Translations under genes and position numbers: made by a program | In this document: positions 52,640 through 63,470 of the stretch, in pieces | Layout: each line of letters begins with the position of its first letter | Position numbering within the stretch: position 1 is the stretch's first letter | Notes under the pieces: model-generated | Told to the model about the DNA's origin: nothing | What the model saw: only the letters and a program-made list of their open reading frames with translations | The model's database searches: none | DNA from: Candidatus Poribacteria bacterium | GTDB lineage: Bacteria > Poribacteria > WGA-4E > PCPOR2b | DNA length: 64,000 nt | Assembly: GCA_965116925.1 (NCBI GenBank) | Contig: OZ220744.1 | Span: forward strand, 2,144,001-2,208,000 | Direction: 5' to 3'

Positions 52640-53719
52640 ATGACAACAGAAACAGTACAATTAAAAACTGGTGAGCAACTTGTCATCAAGACACTACACC
52701 CACCGCTCCATGACTACGCTAGCAAAGTCGGCTGTTGGGGCGATATACGCGATGACCTGCTCAACGGAAAATTGACAGAATGGCTTTTCACGCCGTACTT
52801 CGTGGGCGAAATTGACGGCGAGGTTGTCGGCAGTATGAGTTATTATACGCCGACGGACACGCGCGATGTAGGTGTCGTGGAGTTTGTGCGAACAGAGGAG
52901 GAACATCGAAGCAAAGGCATCGCTTCGGCACTGATGGATTGCCTGATCCGGCGGTTTCGCGCCGATGATGGGATAGCACTCTACCTCTGTACCACCAATC
53001 CTATCGCCGGCAGCCTGTACGAAAAACATGGTTTCTGGTATCATGTGGGAGATGGGATGCGCTATCTCGCGCCCGATGCCGGGGACTTCGATCAGACCTA
53101 TCTGGCATTCTATGGACCGGCGCAAATCCGAGATGCCACGTGGGGAGATCTGCCTCGTGCCTCTGCGCTCTACAACCACCGTGAGCCGCGCTGGCTTGTC
53201 AAGGACTATTTCACCCAGACCTTCCGTGAGACCCGCTTTGAAAGCCACTTTGTGAGACTGATGCGACAGATCGAAGATCAGAACGGTGCGTTTGTCGTAT
53301 TAGAAAATCGCGAACAACGAATCGTCGGGACAGCGGTGCTGAAACGGTTTGACACCTTCCACGAACAGCATATCGCTACGCTCAGTTTTCGCGTCTGCCC
53401 GAATTACTTTGAGCAAGGTCCTGAACTTTTAACCGCTGCTGCGGAAAAAGCAAAAACCCTCTCGATTCAGGGGTTACAGATCTATATCGCTGACTGTGAC
53501 GACGACCAAAAAGAGATGGTGAAACAGGCAGGATTTGTCGAAGAAGCGCGTTTGCAGAATCGACTGTATGATGGAGAAAGCTGGATAGATATGTTAGTCT
53601 GCACCTTGTGGATGCCTGATGTTGCTCCATTGAGAAGCGAAGGGGATTATTACGGTAACAGGAAACCGTGGCAGGCAGAACGGGTTAATGCTGATTACAA
53701 CAAGAAGGGAAACAGATAG
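52640..53719 (+). CDS. Tandem GNAT-domain acetyltransferase
   Basis: EEHRSKGIASAL, LYEKHGF; second GNAT-like half ending AGFVEEARL; the upstream ORF extension is MITE/REP sequence. Confidence 0.8.
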   Translation: MTTETVQLKTGEQLVIKTLHPPLHDYASKVGCWGDIRDDLLNGKLTEWLFTPYFVGEIDGEVVGSMSYYTPTDTRDVGVVEFVRTEEEHRSKGIASALMDCLIRRFRADDGIALYLCTTNPIAGSLYEKHGFWYHVGDGMRYLAPDAGDFDQTYLAFYGPAQIRDATWGDLPRASALYNHREPRWLVKDYFTQTFRETRFESHFVRLMRQIEDQNGAFVVLENREQRIVGTAVLKRFDTFHEQHIATLSFRVCPNYFEQGPELLTAAAEKAKTLSIQGLQIYIADCDDDQKEMVKQAGFVEEARLQNRLYDGESWIDMLVCTLWMPDVAPLRSEGDYYGNRKPWQAERVNADYNKKGNR

Positions 53720-53748
53720 GAACATCCAAACTAAGAAGGGATATCACA

Positions 53749-54786
53749 ATGTCAAAATCGAAGATCAGAGTGGGAATCGTTGGTGCTGGCGGTGTTGGTG
53801 GACTTGGCGGAAGAGACAACTCCCATGCCGGCGGCTATCGGCGGTGCGGGGAGGTTGATTTGGCAGCAGTCGCTGATATTAATGACGAACGGCTGCAACA
53901 GTTTGGCAACGAATGGGAAATCGCACCGGAACAGCGTTACAGCACCGCGCAGGAGATGTACGAAAAAGCGGATCTGGACATCGTGAGCGTAACCACCCAT
54001 AACTTCCATCATCATGAGCCGGTGATTGAGGCTGCAGAAGCGGGAATTAAGGTGATTATGGTAGAAAAACCGCTCGCTATTAGTGTCGAATGGGGACGGA
54101 AGATGGTCGAAGCCTGCGAAGCAAATGGGTGTCGGTTGGCTGTGGATCATACCCGTCGTTTCCTACCGCATTACCGCAGGCTGAAAAAAATGGTCGATGA
54201 CGGAGCGGTGGGAGATGTGCGAACCATCACCTACTCCGGGGCCCGTCCTCTGCTGCACAACGGCACACATACGGTGGACTACGCTTTCTACTTCACCTCG
54301 GCGCAACCCAAGTTAGTATCGGGTTTTCTCAGCGATGAACCCGTTGCCGATCCGGGCGGCGGAGGGATGGTTGTCTGCGAGGGTGGTGTGGTCATCTTTA
54401 TAAACTGCATCCCTACGCGCAAAGAATCTCTCAGCGATGTCATTATCGGGGGTACAGCGGGACAGATCCATTTCTGTGAGCGGCGCGGGATTTGGGAATA
54501 CGGGACCCTCGTTGAGGCGAGCGAAGGGTACGGTTCACGCTACGACTTTGAGCCCCTCCCGGATATGCCTGAAAATCTTATCCTTGACGACTATTTCTAC
54601 AGCGCGGCACGGGAAGCAGTGGACTGTCTGTTGGAAGATCGGGAAAGCGTCTCAACCGGGCGTGACGGACTGAAAGCGTTGGAAGTTATCACCGCCATGC
54701 ACATCTCGCATAAAACAGGGACGCAGGTTCCTCTACCCCTGAGAGAAGGGCTTGATAATGTAGAAATCCGATCGACGGGTCAGTAG
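53749..54786 (+). CDS. Gfo/Idh/MocA oxidoreductase
   Basis: VGIVGAGG, VEKPLA, HNGTHTVD. Confidence 0.9.
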   Translation: MSKSKIRVGIVGAGGVGGLGGRDNSHAGGYRRCGEVDLAAVADINDERLQQFGNEWEIAPEQRYSTAQEMYEKADLDIVSVTTHNFHHHEPVIEAAEAGIKVIMVEKPLAISVEWGRKMVEACEANGCRLAVDHTRRFLPHYRRLKKMVDDGAVGDVRTITYSGARPLLHNGTHTVDYAFYFTSAQPKLVSGFLSDEPVADPGGGGMVVCEGGVVIFINCIPTRKESLSDVIIGGTAGQIHFCERRGIWEYGTLVEASEGYGSRYDFEPLPDMPENLILDDYFYSAAREAVDCLLEDRESVSTGRDGLKALEVITAMHISHKTGTQVPLPLREGLDNVEIRSTGQ

Positions 54787-54866
54787 CACCTCAATAGATC
54801 GGGTGCAGACACCGGCAGCACCACTCTACTTTACCCGTCACAAATGCGTGTATTACGTTTCACGTT

Positions 54867-55628
54867 TCACGCCACATACCAATTATGGATGACATAAACC
54901 GGGGCAGATCCTTCCGCGAGGCGGATGGTCGCTTGATCTGCTCTTATCACAAACTCGTTCCGTAGGGTGTTTGTTCTGATCGGATCAACACGCAGCCCGT
55001 CCAAACTCCAGCGAAGGTTTGTACTGCTCTCGACAGTAACATTGGGGACTTCGGAGATGAGCGACACCCGTTGTACACCTTCGTTTTTTCGTTCGAGAGT
55101 CACGTCCGAAACGACGAAGTGAATTGTTTGAAGTGGATCTCGCATCTCTGCCTGCCAGCTATGCTTATCCCCATGTGGGCTCTCCTGAAACAGTTGGAGT
55201 CCGAGGCGCATTAACCGTAGATTGCCCAGAAAGTGATCTATTTCGTAACCGTTGGGGCGAGGGAGTCCACCGTAGAGTAGAATTTGCTGGCAGCTATATT
55301 CCGCGATCGCATAGGCGACCGCCAACTGTCCGTCTGTGTCATCCTTATCCACATGCCCGACCCACTCACGGACGATGTGCGTGCCAGACCGCTCCAACTG
55401 TTCAACGGTATCCGCCGGCATTTCCTCAAGGGAATCCAGATCGCCGATTAGGACGTTAGGGAAAATTGGGATGTCGGTGGTCTGGTTGAGTTCGGTGAAT
55501 AAGCGGATGCCCCCGTCAGCACAGATGAGTGGGTGCCTGTTTTCCGCCGCCCACGTCAGTGCTTCCTTGTAGAATTGAGGGTAGCGGAGGTCATAATGTC
55601 CATTGAGAAAAATTAAAGCAGATTTCAT
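54867..55628 (-). CDS. Thiamine pyrophosphokinase-like protein
   Basis: ALIFLNG, ICADGG, PNVLIGDLDSL, DKDDTDGQLA, DHFLGN. Confidence 0.82.
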   Translation of the reverse strand: MKSALIFLNGHYDLRYPQFYKEALTWAAENRHPLICADGGIRLFTELNQTTDIPIFPNVLIGDLDSLEEMPADTVEQLERSGTHIVREWVGHVDKDDTDGQLAVAYAIAEYSCQQILLYGGLPRPNGYEIDHFLGNLRLMRLGLQLFQESPHGDKHSWQAEMRDPLQTIHFVVSDVTLERKNEGVQRVSLISEVPNVTVESSTNLRWSLDGLRVDPIRTNTLRNEFVIRADQATIRLAEGSAPVYVIHNWYVA

Positions 55629-55649
55629 AACGTCTGAATTAGCAATCAG

Positions 55650-56561
55650 CTACGGGAGAAATAGATTGTAGGAGGCGAGCTGCTTGGCAGGACGATATGA
55701 GAGTTTCACACGTTTGAGGTTATCCAAGCCGGAGTCATCCATTGTGTTAATCCATTGATAGGTCGTTTGTTCTCGGCAGAACTCTCTGAAAAGAAATTGT
55801 GCTAACCCCTTGATTCGGAGATCTGTCACCTCAAAGAGGATACAGAAAATTTCGCTGTTGAGAGGGTATCCAAAGGTGTACCCTTTCAGGAGGCCATCAA
55901 TGAAAACGACTCTGCCGACCAAACCCAATTTTTCGTGGTTCATGAGTCCTGTGCGATGGGAATGCCAAGAATCTTCCAACATCGCTCGGTAAATTTCATC
56001 ATTGGACTGTGCATCTCGTTCCTGTTGCCATGATTCATAAAGCGCGAGGCAATCTGCGAGATGGGCGGGTTGGTACGGCTGCAACTGTGCGTCAGGATAA
56101 TTGCGGATCAGGGCGTTATAAGCAGCCCGTTTACTCTTGTAACGATCCCCCTTGAGTTGGATGAGGGCATCCGTTTGGTAAAGGTATTCGGTTTCTTTCT
56201 GAACGGCATGGAAGCCCATCTCTTGCAAAGAAGGAATCAGATTCGCTGGAACGTTTTCAATCCGTGCAATCTGCTTCGCACGATTGGCTTCAAGGGTGAA
56301 CCCATACGCTCGATGGATCACCCTTTGATTCAGTGACCGCCCCATTGGTAAAATCGGCATGAAGTAATCACCGTCCTGATTGACGAAAAGACAGAGCTGG
56401 TCATCAATTATTGTCCAGTAAAAATCGAAAAAGTTTCGCCATATATAGTGTGGAGCAAAGGCATAGCGCGACAGTTCCGCCGGCATTTGGCGGACGTATT
56501 GATCGAAAAGGGGTTTATCCTTTAACGTAAGTGGCTGTAGGTTCTTTGATAAATCAGGCAA
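55650..56561 (-). CDS. DUF2156 / aminoacyl-phosphatidylglycerol synthase C-terminal-like (Fem-type) protein
   Basis: EYLY....LIQLKGDRYKSKR; GLAQFLFREF; INTMDDSGLDNLKRVKLSYRP. Confidence 0.82.
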   Translation of the reverse strand: MPDLSKNLQPLTLKDKPLFDQYVRQMPAELSRYAFAPHYIWRNFFDFYWTIIDDQLCLFVNQDGDYFMPILPMGRSLNQRVIHRAYGFTLEANRAKQIARIENVPANLIPSLQEMGFHAVQKETEYLYQTDALIQLKGDRYKSKRAAYNALIRNYPDAQLQPYQPAHLADCLALYESWQQERDAQSNDEIYRAMLEDSWHSHRTGLMNHEKLGLVGRVVFIDGLLKGYTFGYPLNSEIFCILFEVTDLRIKGLAQFLFREFCREQTTYQWINTMDDSGLDNLKRVKLSYRPAKQLASYNLFLP

Positions 56562-56564
56562 TTT

Positions 56565-57701
56565 TCAAGCAATGACCTGTTCGGTATGGTGGTCGAAAAG
56601 ATGGACCTGTTTGGCGTCGAAATCAAACCAAACGGACTGACCCGCATCGGGCTTGAATGCGGGATGTGTACGGCCTCTGAGGAGGATCAGATCTCCGGTG
56701 TGTGCATTTTCACCCAGAAATATATCAATAATATTGACCGACCCCAACGCTTCGACGAGATGCACCGATGCTTTGAAGCCCTTTTCAATCGGCTCCTTTG
56801 AGACGACAACATGCTCCGGTCTAATGCCAAAGATGATTTCAGTTGACTGACCGATGTGCGAGATCTGTTCTGCCGATAATTCGACCCAGACATCTGTGTG
56901 GTTCAGATGCAAGGCGGGTTTTCCGCCCCCAGTGGAATCAGGATTCAAAGCAGCATGTGACTGAACCGTGCCACTGATCAGGTTCATTGATGGACTTCCC
57001 ATGAATTGGGCGACGAAAACGGTCTGTGGCTGGTTATATACCTCTTGGGGTGTTCCGATCTGTTGCAAACGTCCTTGGTCCATGATGACGATACGATCTG
57101 CCATCGACATCGCTTCAACTTGGTCATGGGTGACGAAAATGGTGGTTGCTCCTAGTCTGTGCTGCAAGCGTTTCAGTTCCGCCCGCATGTCTACCCGCAA
57201 CTTCGCATCGAGGTTCGACATCGGCTCATCCATCAAGAACGCCTTGGGTTGACGGACCATCGCTCGTCCCAGTGCGACGCGTTGCATTTCGCCACCACTT
57301 AGATGGCTCGGCTTCCGATCCAGCATCGCCTGAATTTGCAGGATTGTTGCAACCGCTTTGACCCGTTCCTGAATTTCGGATTTCGGTGCTTTCACCGCTT
57401 TGAGCGGAAATGCGATGTTATCATAAACGGTCAGGTGGGGATAGAGCGCGTAAAATTGGAAGACAAATGCGATGTCCCGATCCGCGGGGGGTAACGCGTT
57501 TACTCGCTTCCCATCAATAAAGATGTCTCCCTCGTCGGGGTGTTCCAATCCGGCGATGGCTCGAAGCGTGGTTGTTTTTCCACAACCCGAAGGACCGAGG
57601 AAAACAACAAACTCTTGATCGTGGACTTCAAGGTTCATGTCGTCCACAGCAACGACATCCCCAAAACGTTTTGTGATGTGTTCAAGTTTAATCTCTGCCA
57701 T
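56565..57701 (-). CDS. Carbohydrate ABC transporter ATP-binding protein (MalK-like)
   Basis: GPSGCGKTT, LSGGEMQRVALGRA, MDEPMSNLD, GIRPEH. Confidence 0.93.
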   Translation of the reverse strand: MAEIKLEHITKRFGDVVAVDDMNLEVHDQEFVVFLGPSGCGKTTTLRAIAGLEHPDEGDIFIDGKRVNALPPADRDIAFVFQFYALYPHLTVYDNIAFPLKAVKAPKSEIQERVKAVATILQIQAMLDRKPSHLSGGEMQRVALGRAMVRQPKAFLMDEPMSNLDAKLRVDMRAELKRLQHRLGATTIFVTHDQVEAMSMADRIVIMDQGRLQQIGTPQEVYNQPQTVFVAQFMGSPSMNLISGTVQSHAALNPDSTGGGKPALHLNHTDVWVELSAEQISHIGQSTEIIFGIRPEHVVVSKEPIEKGFKASVHLVEALGSVNIIDIFLGENAHTGDLILLRGRTHPAFKPDAGQSVWFDFDAKQVHLFDHHTEQVIA

Positions 57702-57743
57702 TTCTCGTATTTTAGCACACGCAAGAACAAATGAAAACCAAAA

Positions 57744-58877
57744 ATGACAACGACAACATGGGTGGAAGTGGATCTCTCTGCCATTCAATCTAACGCACGG
57801 GCAATCAAAGCGTATGCCCAAGGCAGCTCGCTGATTGCTGTAATCAAAGCTGATGCCTATGGACACGGTGTTATTCCGGTCGCCGAAGCATTACACGAGG
57901 AAGCCGCGATGTCCGCCGTCGCCACTGTGGGGGAAGCCGTTGAATTGCGTACCGCTGGCATTAGAAAGCCGGTACTGGTGCTGTTCAACGTGCTGCCCGC
58001 TCAAGTAGAAGCGATTGCTGATTATCAATTGACACCATCGGTGTATGAACCGACACTCTGCAAGGCGTTGTCCCGCGCAGCACAAGTGAAGGGAACGTTG
58101 GTTAAGGTGCATCTTGATGTGGATACCGGCATGAATCGCGGCGGGATATGGTATACAGAGGCGGTGGATTTCCTGAAATGGCTAACATCGCTGGAGGGGA
58201 TAAAGATTGAGGGCATCTTCACCCACTTCGCTACTGCGGATGAAGCTGATAAAAGCCACCTACATCTTCAGTTAGATCGGTTCAAGTTGGTGCTTTCCAG
58301 TCTTTCCAAATTAAACCTTCGGCCCCCGATTGTCCACGCTGCCAACAGTGCAGCTGCATTAACGCTTCCCGACGCCCATTTTGATGCAGTTCGTGTAGGT
58401 TTGAGTTTATACGGTGTCTATCCATCGCCTGATGTCAGAGAAACGAGTCCTGTATCGTTGCGTCCTGCCTTGAACTGGAAGGCACGTATTATTTCTTTGC
58501 GTCGGTCAATGCCAGGGGAAGGGATTAGCTACGGTCGCACTTACATAGTTGATGAACCGATATGGTTAGTTACATTACCTATTGGCTATGCCGATGGCTA
58601 TCCACGCGCGCTATCGAATCGTGGTGAAGCGTTGATTGGTGGAGTGAGGTGTCAACAGGTGGGATCGGTCTGTATGGATGGGACCGTCTTTCGGATTGAC
58701 ACACCGAAAGAGGATCCTCCCTTACGCATTGGCGATGAAGCCGTACTGATTGGGAAACAGGGAAACTTGGAGATTGCCGTCGATCAGGTTGCAGAAAAGG
58801 CGGGAAGCATCTCGTATGAGATTTTAACAGGAATAGGGAAACGGATCCCTCGGATTTATGTGAATCGGGAATCATAA
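57744..58877 (+). CDS. alr: Alanine racemase
   Basis: AVIKADAYGHG, VDTGMNR, HAANS, ISYG, PIGYADG, VCMD, SYEIL. Confidence 0.96.
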   Translation: MTTTTWVEVDLSAIQSNARAIKAYAQGSSLIAVIKADAYGHGVIPVAEALHEEAAMSAVATVGEAVELRTAGIRKPVLVLFNVLPAQVEAIADYQLTPSVYEPTLCKALSRAAQVKGTLVKVHLDVDTGMNRGGIWYTEAVDFLKWLTSLEGIKIEGIFTHFATADEADKSHLHLQLDRFKLVLSSLSKLNLRPPIVHAANSAAALTLPDAHFDAVRVGLSLYGVYPSPDVRETSPVSLRPALNWKARIISLRRSMPGEGISYGRTYIVDEPIWLVTLPIGYADGYPRALSNRGEALIGGVRCQQVGSVCMDGTVFRIDTPKEDPPLRIGDEAVLIGKQGNLEIAVDQVAEKAGSISYEILTGIGKRIPRIYVNRES

Positions 58878-58881
58878 GGGT

Positions 58882-58910
58882 TTGACATCAGGGCGGAAGG
58901 ATGATAAACT
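58882..58910 (+). promoter_or_regulatory. sigma70 promoter
   Basis: TTGACA-17bp-TAAACT with extended TG. Confidence 0.65.
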
Positions 58911-58960
58911 GAAGCACGGAATTTATTATCTGTCCCGGCCATACATTATAGGAGAATCCC

Positions 58961-59182
58961 ATGACGACGGAACAAGCAACCACCCTAAAAACGACTTTAG
59001 AATCAATGTTTGATCACATCGCCCAAAATGAGAGTATAATCGAAGATCTTGAGCAGATTGAGCGTCTCCAGCAGGAGGTTGGAACAACTGCCCCGCCGCA
59101 ATTACGTCATTATCTAGAACGTCGAAGTTATACCAAAGCACTCGATTTTCTGAGGGACGACTTCGTTCCTGATTCGGATTAA
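58961..59182 (+). CDS. Small hypothetical protein
   Basis: AGGAGA RBS; promoter upstream; PPQLRHYLERRSYTKALDFL C-terminus. Confidence 0.7.
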   Translation: MTTEQATTLKTTLESMFDHIAQNESIIEDLEQIERLQQEVGTTAPPQLRHYLERRSYTKALDFLRDDFVPDSD

Positions 59183-59240
59183 CATCACATAAGGTTTCAT
59201 TGAATGCAAACACGAGAAACCTAACAACCCAAATCCGCAA

Positions 59241-59996
59241 TTGAAATGCCCTGCAAACCGTAAACTGCTCATTCCATACGCCAGAATAATAAAAAAGAAA
59301 AAAGAAAATTATTTTAATTCGGAAGCAGAGAAGATTTACGGTGAAGTAAAGGGACCATATAACCAGAAAAGTATCAAAAAGAGAATTGAAGCCCTTTTTC
59401 TGGATAATCTCGGAAAGATTCTACTGCGAGAACAAATCATCGAAGCCGCTAGAAACCCGATAACCCAAAAGGACCCTGAAAATTGGCACCAGAGAGTATC
59501 GGAGTTACGGACTGATGATGGATACACAATTCTGTCATGGCGCAATCGAGGCGATCTAAAAATTCAAGAATACCTTATGCCTACCTCCGAAAAAAGACAG
59601 CGGATCAACAGGAGAGTCCGTCCACATGACGAAGTATGGCTACAGCTATTGGAAAAGGCGAACTACTCTTGTGAATGGGAGGAGGATGGTATTCGGTGCG
59701 GACTTGAGGACGGGCAAATAGATCCAATCGGGGGCGGCACCGTAAAACTAACGCCAGATCATAAAGCACCACATTCGATCAATGTTGAAACTGATCCGGG
59801 CGATCCCAATCAGTGGAGAGTCTTATGTGGGCGACATCAAGTTATGAAAAAGAATTTCTGGGATGATAGCACAGGCAAAATCAATGTTTATGCGATTGTC
59901 CAAGCTGCAAGTGAACAGGAAAAGCGGATTGTCTTCTCTTTTTTAGTCGATTATTTTGGATATCAAATTAACGACGAGAAATTGGAGAGGGAATAG
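59241..59996 (+). CDS. KpnI-like HNH type II restriction endonuclease
   Basis: RIEALFLDNLGK, PENWHQRVSELRTD.GYTILSWR, ANYSCEW.EDG, DPIGGGTVKLTPDH, LCGRHQVMKKN closely recall R.KpnI (from memory); start uncertain. Confidence 0.85.
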   Translation: MKCPANRKLLIPYARIIKKKKENYFNSEAEKIYGEVKGPYNQKSIKKRIEALFLDNLGKILLREQIIEAARNPITQKDPENWHQRVSELRTDDGYTILSWRNRGDLKIQEYLMPTSEKRQRINRRVRPHDEVWLQLLEKANYSCEWEEDGIRCGLEDGQIDPIGGGTVKLTPDHKAPHSINVETDPGDPNQWRVLCGRHQVMKKNFWDDSTGKINVYAIVQAASEQEKRIVFSFLVDYFGYQINDEKLERE

Positions 59997-59998
59997 AC

Positions 59999-60805
59999 AT
60001 GACTCAAATGACTTTCGCAGAACTCGATGAAGTTACGCGTAATAATGGCAATAGAAAAGGAAATACTGTTATACTACCACCGATGGATGTATTTGAATCT
60101 ATTGAGTTGATTAAATCATCCGGTATTAAGCCGCGTGTCACAATGCTTGATCCGTGGTATAACAAAGGTTTTGGGGAGATAAGAACTGATTATAATGATT
60201 TTGTTATATCTATACTTGAAGCCCTAATTGGTGTCTCCGACCATCTGTTTTTGTGGGGTTTTCCTGAGATTATAGCTCAGTATTTTAATCAAATACCAAC
60301 TGAGTATCAGCTTGTTGCATGGCTCACTTGGTACTATAAGAATAACCCATCTGTTATCCGAGGTTGGCGATCGAGTCAGAACGCTTGCTTACATCTTTCT
60401 CAGGGTGATGCAAAACTATATCCCGAACATTTTTTGAATGACGCGCAAAAAGAAAAGCTAAAAGCAGGAAAACTAAGATATATGCCGGGTCCAACAAGTG
60501 TCATAGAAGCCGCCTTGTTGGTAGGCTTTGTGGGTAAGGATGAGCAAACGGGTCATCCATCTCAGAAACCGTTAAAAGTATATGAGCAGCTTTTTTTTAT
60601 GACGACAAAAGAAGAAGATTTAATTTATGACCCCATGTGTGGATCTGGGACTGCTGGTGCATTTGCATTGGAACATAATCGGAGCGCAATTTTATCAGAT
60701 ATCAACGAGGAATATATCTCTATCGTTGAGTCAAGGCTGTTAGAAAAGAGAATTCAGTCTAACAAAGCATCGCCCTTAATGCTTACAACGACATTACAAG
60801 CATGA
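59999..60805 (+). CDS. Amino (m6A/m4C) DNA methyltransferase, beta class
   Basis: Motif IV variant DPWY near the N-terminus; HPSQKP; motif I YDPMCGSGT near the C-terminus. Confidence 0.85.
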   Translation: MTQMTFAELDEVTRNNGNRKGNTVILPPMDVFESIELIKSSGIKPRVTMLDPWYNKGFGEIRTDYNDFVISILEALIGVSDHLFLWGFPEIIAQYFNQIPTEYQLVAWLTWYYKNNPSVIRGWRSSQNACLHLSQGDAKLYPEHFLNDAQKEKLKAGKLRYMPGPTSVIEAALLVGFVGKDEQTGHPSQKPLKVYEQLFFMTTKEEDLIYDPMCGSGTAGAFALEHNRSAILSDINEEYISIVESRLLEKRIQSNKASPLMLTTTLQA

Positions 60806-60856
60806 GCAAACCTGTGGTATATGATTGAAAGTCAAAAAAGAAAAAGAGGCACTAAA

Positions 60857-61624
60857 ATGGCAAGAGAAGATCGGCGTACGCCGAGTCAGATGCGTCCAAC
60901 CCGTATCGTTCGGAATTACACTAAACACCCGGAGGGATCTGTCCTGATTGCTGTCGGCGATACAAAGGTTGTTTGTACGGCATCGGTGGAGGAGTCGCAG
61001 CCGCGTTTCATGCGTGAGCAAAACCGCCGAAATCGAGGCTGGGTTACTGCGGAGTATTCAATGCTGCCCCGTTCCACCTCCGACCGGATGCGGCGTGAGG
61101 TTACCCGCGGATCGCTTGGCGGGAGAACGCAAGAAATTCAACGACTTATCGGTAGATCTTTGCGGGCGATCGTAGACTTCAAAGCCCTCGGTGAACGCAC
61201 AATCTGGATTGATTGCGACGTCATCCAAGCGGACGGGGGCACACGCACTGCATCAATTACCGGCGCATTTGTCGCGCTTTGGGATGCTTGTCAATGGCTG
61301 ATGGATCAGGAATTGATAAAAACAATTCCAATCATCGAACATGTGGCAGCAACCAGTGTTGGCATTATCAACGGAACACCTATGTTAGACCTCTGTTACA
61401 CGGAGGATTCTAGTGCTGATGTCGATATGAATGTTGTCATGACAGGCGCGGGGAAATTCGTGGAGATTCAAGGCACTGCAGAAGAGACCCCTTTCTCAAA
61501 GGAGGAATCGGATCAGCTGCTCGATCTGGCGGTCAACGGCATTGAACAATTGATCCGCCTTCAAAAACAGATTATCATTGAGAATAGAGATGAAGTTAGT
61601 ATTGGCAACTCGGAATCAGGGTAA
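60857..61624 (+). CDS. rph: Ribonuclease PH
   Basis: [49 protein letters not shown]. Confidence 0.97.
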   Translation: MAREDRRTPSQMRPTRIVRNYTKHPEGSVLIAVGDTKVVCTASVEESQPRFMREQNRRNRGWVTAEYSMLPRSTSDRMRREVTRGSLGGRTQEIQRLIGRSLRAIVDFKALGERTIWIDCDVIQADGGTRTASITGAFVALWDACQWLMDQELIKTIPIIEHVAATSVGIINGTPMLDLCYTEDSSADVDMNVVMTGAGKFVEIQGTAEETPFSKEESDQLLDLAVNGIEQLIRLQKQIIIENRDEVSIGNSESG

Positions 61625-62195
61625 AGTGCGAGAAATCGGCGAAATACTTAGCGATCAAAACGAGATCGAACTGTTGTCGCTTCGCAATTATCCGGAGGCA
61701 CCAGATGTCGTCGAAGATGGCAAAACCTATGAGGAGAACGCCATCAAAAAAGCATCCGCCCTTGCCGAATACACCGGACATCTAACCATCGGGGATGACT
61801 CTGGTCTAGCGGTAGATGCGCTTGATGGAGCACCCGGCGTCCATTCCGCCCGTTATGCCGGCGAGAACGCTTCAGACCAAGATCGTATTGACAAGCTACT
61901 TGACGCGCTTCAGAATGTTCCTGATGACCGGCGATCAGGACGTTTCATCTGTGCTGTAGCTATCGCCGAACCTCTCGCTCAAGTACAGGTTGTCCGGGGT
62001 ATCTGCGAAGGCCGAATTATTCAGGTGCCACGTGGGAAGAGTGGCTTTGGATATGACCCAGTTTTTGTCCCCACAGGCTATAACAAAACCTTTGCGGAGT
62101 TGGGCGACGCCGTTAAGAATCAGATCAGCCACCGTGCGAAGGCGTTGGGCAAAGCGAAAAAATTGTTAAGTGAAATGGACTTTGAGAAGTTCTAA
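61590..62195 (+). CDS. rdgB: XTP/dITP pyrophosphatase (RdgB/HAM1)
   Basis: [37 protein letters not shown]. Confidence 0.96.
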   Translation: MKLVLATRNQGKVREIGEILSDQNEIELLSLRNYPEAPDVVEDGKTYEENAIKKASALAEYTGHLTIGDDSGLAVDALDGAPGVHSARYAGENASDQDRIDKLLDALQNVPDDRRSGRFICAVAIAEPLAQVQVVRGICEGRIIQVPRGKSGFGYDPVFVPTGYNKTFAELGDAVKNQISHRAKALGKAKKLLSEMDFEKF

Positions 62196-62204
62196 GAATC
62201 CCCT

Positions 62205-63470
62205 ATGAAAGCCCCTGCGGCAAATGCCCACTCCCGAAAAGCTCTTATACTGCTCTCCGTTCTAGTTGTCATTTCGCTGATAGGGATTGGGCTCTACTTT
62301 GCTCCCAGTTTGCTAGATACCACGCCACCGGTCCTGACAGTAAACGGGTTGGAAAAGGATCAACATTATCGCGGCTCTCTAACGCTCAAAATTGCTGCTA
62401 TGGACGAAAAGCCCGGCTTGGGGTCGTTGACCGTACAAGTCGATAATGTTCCTGCAAGCACTTTGAGCCTCGTCGAAGAGGAGCCCGCCTTTTGGACGCT
62501 CCAAACCGCCGCGTTTGCCGATGGACTGCACACGGTTTCCGTAACAGCGGTGGATAGGTCGTTGCACAAAAACCGGACGCAGTACACGCGTCCATTTTAC
62601 ATTGACAACACCCCACCAACGCTTCATGCTCCCTCAGAAACGCTCCATGTTGGGCAAGGTAGAACGCTTGCACTTTTTCTTCAAACGGATGAGCCGCTCT
62701 CAAACATGGAGGGACAGCTTTTTAACAGATCGGTCACCTTCTATCCGACTAGCTCAGAGAACTTGTACCGCAGTTTTCTTGGTGTTGGCGTGACAACCAC
62801 TCCCCAAAACTATTCACTCACGGTGAGAGCGACGGATTTGGTCGGCAATGAAGCGGAGAAAACCTTTCAGGTCGAGGTTCATAAAACGGTCTTCGCGCGT
62901 GGGGGGTACATTACCCTCTCTCCTAAAAAGCAGCAGATCATGATGGACAGATCTAAAGGCAGGGAAGACAACGCAAAACGCGGCGCAGCTTACGCACAGG
63001 CAGACCGGGAAACCGAGCAGCTTTGGGAGGGAAAATTCGTCCGTCCCACTGAAGGGCGACTGACATCGCCTTTCGGAAAGTATCGCGAGTATAACACCGG
63101 CGTCCGTCGGCATCACTACGGGACGGACATCGCAAATGTGGTGGGTACGCCTGTCTATGCGTCGAACCGTGGTGTGGTTAGCCTTGCCGACAGATTGCAT
63201 ATCTATGGGAATGCTGTGATTATCAATCATGGGCAGGGGGTTTCGAGCAGTTACAATCATCTCAATGAAATTCATGTGAAAACTGGCGATCATGTTGAGA
63301 AGGGACAACGCATCGGACTGATGGGAGCCACCGGACAAGCCACAGGCTCACACCTCCATTGGGGCATGGTGGTCAGAGGGGTGGCGGTTGCTCCGGAGGA
63401 ATGGACAGAACGAGATTTCTCGTCCCCGGAAATTAAGAATTTATCTCGGCTAGATGGGAAACAAAGATGA
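62205..63470 (+). CDS. Membrane-anchored M23 metallopeptidase with Ig-like domains
   Basis: N-terminal TM helix; DTTPP/DNTPP; HYGTD (HxxxD), YNHL, ATGSHLHW (HxH). Confidence 0.9.
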   Translation: MKAPAANAHSRKALILLSVLVVISLIGIGLYFAPSLLDTTPPVLTVNGLEKDQHYRGSLTLKIAAMDEKPGLGSLTVQVDNVPASTLSLVEEEPAFWTLQTAAFADGLHTVSVTAVDRSLHKNRTQYTRPFYIDNTPPTLHAPSETLHVGQGRTLALFLQTDEPLSNMEGQLFNRSVTFYPTSSENLYRSFLGVGVTTTPQNYSLTVRATDLVGNEAEKTFQVEVHKTVFARGGYITLSPKKQQIMMDRSKGREDNAKRGAAYAQADRETEQLWEGKFVRPTEGRLTSPFGKYREYNTGVRRHHYGTDIANVVGTPVYASNRGVVSLADRLHIYGNAVIINHGQGVSSSYNHLNEIHVKTGDHVEKGQRIGLMGATGQATGSHLHWGMVVRGVAVAPEEWTERDFSSPEIKNLSRLDGKQR

